Below, piece by piece: positions 63,109-64,000 of a stretch of DNA of 64,000 nucleotides. The position numbers and the translations under genes are program-made. How positions within the stretch are numbered: the first letter of the stretch is position 1; each line of letters begins with the position of its first letter. A model generated the notes under the pieces. That model saw only the letters and a list, made by a program, of their open reading frames with translations. It made no database searches and was not told the origin of the DNA. Source of the stretch: Pocillopora damicornis (Eukaryota); NCBI RefSeq assembly GCF_003704095.1, contig NW_020844494.1, forward strand, positions 124,001 to 188,000. The letters run 5' to 3'.

Positions 63109-63985
63109 CTATTGAATGGCACAAACAGCACTCTTGTTCTGTTGTAAGGCAGTTGGCAGATCAGTGCTTTTGTTTAGTCGTACCATCTCTAAAATCTGAG
63201 GATGACAAGAAAAGGAAAACTAGGTTTTATTGAAAGTTCTTGCTGGTAGCAAAAATGAAGACCCCCGAAAGCTAAGACCTAAGACCTAAGACCCAAAAGT
63301 GAAGACCTGAAAACCAAGACCAAGAAACCAAGACCCAAACAAAAAGACCTGTGGTACCTCTTACTATTCCCTAAAATTCCTTGTAATTCTTGAAAATTCA
63401 ACAGGTAACATGATTGTTCTACTGAGGTCTAAAATTTTCTTTTACCTATCATTCTTGAAATAAGAGAGAAAACTGCTTGATTCTCCTTTTTTCCCCTGAC
63501 CTAGTGTCCCGTTGCTCTGCTAGAGCTGTACTGAATTTCAGGAGAAGACCTTAAGTTCAATTATTTCTTTTGGAAACACGCTCCAAAGAGAAGAGACCCA
63601 TTTGATGATTTTACTATGTTTGAATCAGTTAATGTATCATACAGCTCAGGGGAACACTTTCCTAAAATACCTCTCCAATCATACACTGAGGCAGCACCTA
63701 TTTAACTTAATTAACTTAATTTTACCCTTAATACTGCTTTTAACTCAGAACTAAAACAGCAACCAGCATTTCTTTACCAAATAGCTTTCTCTTTTATAAG
63801 TCAAGAGAGAAGGAAATCAGATTTCAACTTACCCCTATACATTCAAAGAAGTCTATGGAATTTGTATTGTCCACATCTATCTTCTTAAATATCTTTTCCC
63901 TTATATCTGCCTTTGTGTACATCATAGAGTTCCCCTGCTGAGCTATTAAATCCAACATCTTTTCTAGTTCATCACTGTCTATGGT
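63109..63985 (-). CDS. EF-hand calcium-binding protein, last two exons, ending in CaaX (gene continues beyond the window); absent from ORF track
   Basis: Exon 63985-63833 gives TIDSDELEKMLDLIAQQGNSMMYTKADIREKIFKKIDVDNTNSIDFFECIG (canonical loop DVDNTNSIDFFE). Exon 63195-63109 gives ILEMVRLNKSTDLPTALQQNKSAVCAIQ*. Both are phase 0 with good splice sites. Confidence 0.82.
63258..63350. repeat. Short degenerate AAGACC(T/C/A) tandem repeat
   Basis: About 9 aagacc cores at irregular short spacing, in the EF-hand gene intron. Confidence 0.7.
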
Positions 63986-64000
63986 CTGAGAAAAAATTAT

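Overview
This is AT-rich eukaryotic (animal) genomic DNA with GT-AG introns and eight N-gaps. Gene content and repeat types suggest a stony coral or related hexacorallian; this is an inference, as no search was run. Most genes are spliced and are missed or fragmented by the ORF track, so I assembled them by hand from splice sites and reading-frame phase. Gene order: IRF2BP (-, intronless); TALPID3/KIAA0586 5' part (-, cut by a gap); UVSSA (+); TIMM9 (+); an 11-exon Rab32/38-family GTPase (-); a small orphan mucin-like membrane protein (+); an intronless 38-aa helical-repeat (OPR/FASTK-like) protein (-); a TKL kinase 3' fragment (+); four signal-peptide-type alpha-carbonic anhydrases (two + from a recent tandem duplication, two -) with a degenerate Ty3/Gypsy pol fragment among them; STPG4 (+); a short second OPR-like gene (-); and the 3' end of an EF-hand protein ending in a CaaX box (-). 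The most notable signals are: (1) one carbonic anhydrase exon is strongly basic, strongly acidic or neutral depending on the paralog, and carries almost only non-synonymous changes between the recent duplicates; (2) one CA paralog has Tyr at the first Zn-ligand His; (3) the Rab has a 5-nt micro-exon inside its P-loop and His in place of the catalytic Gln; (4) OPR-like proteins with mitochondrial-type N-termini; (5) apparently ancient IRF2BP-TALPID3-TIMM9 linkage.
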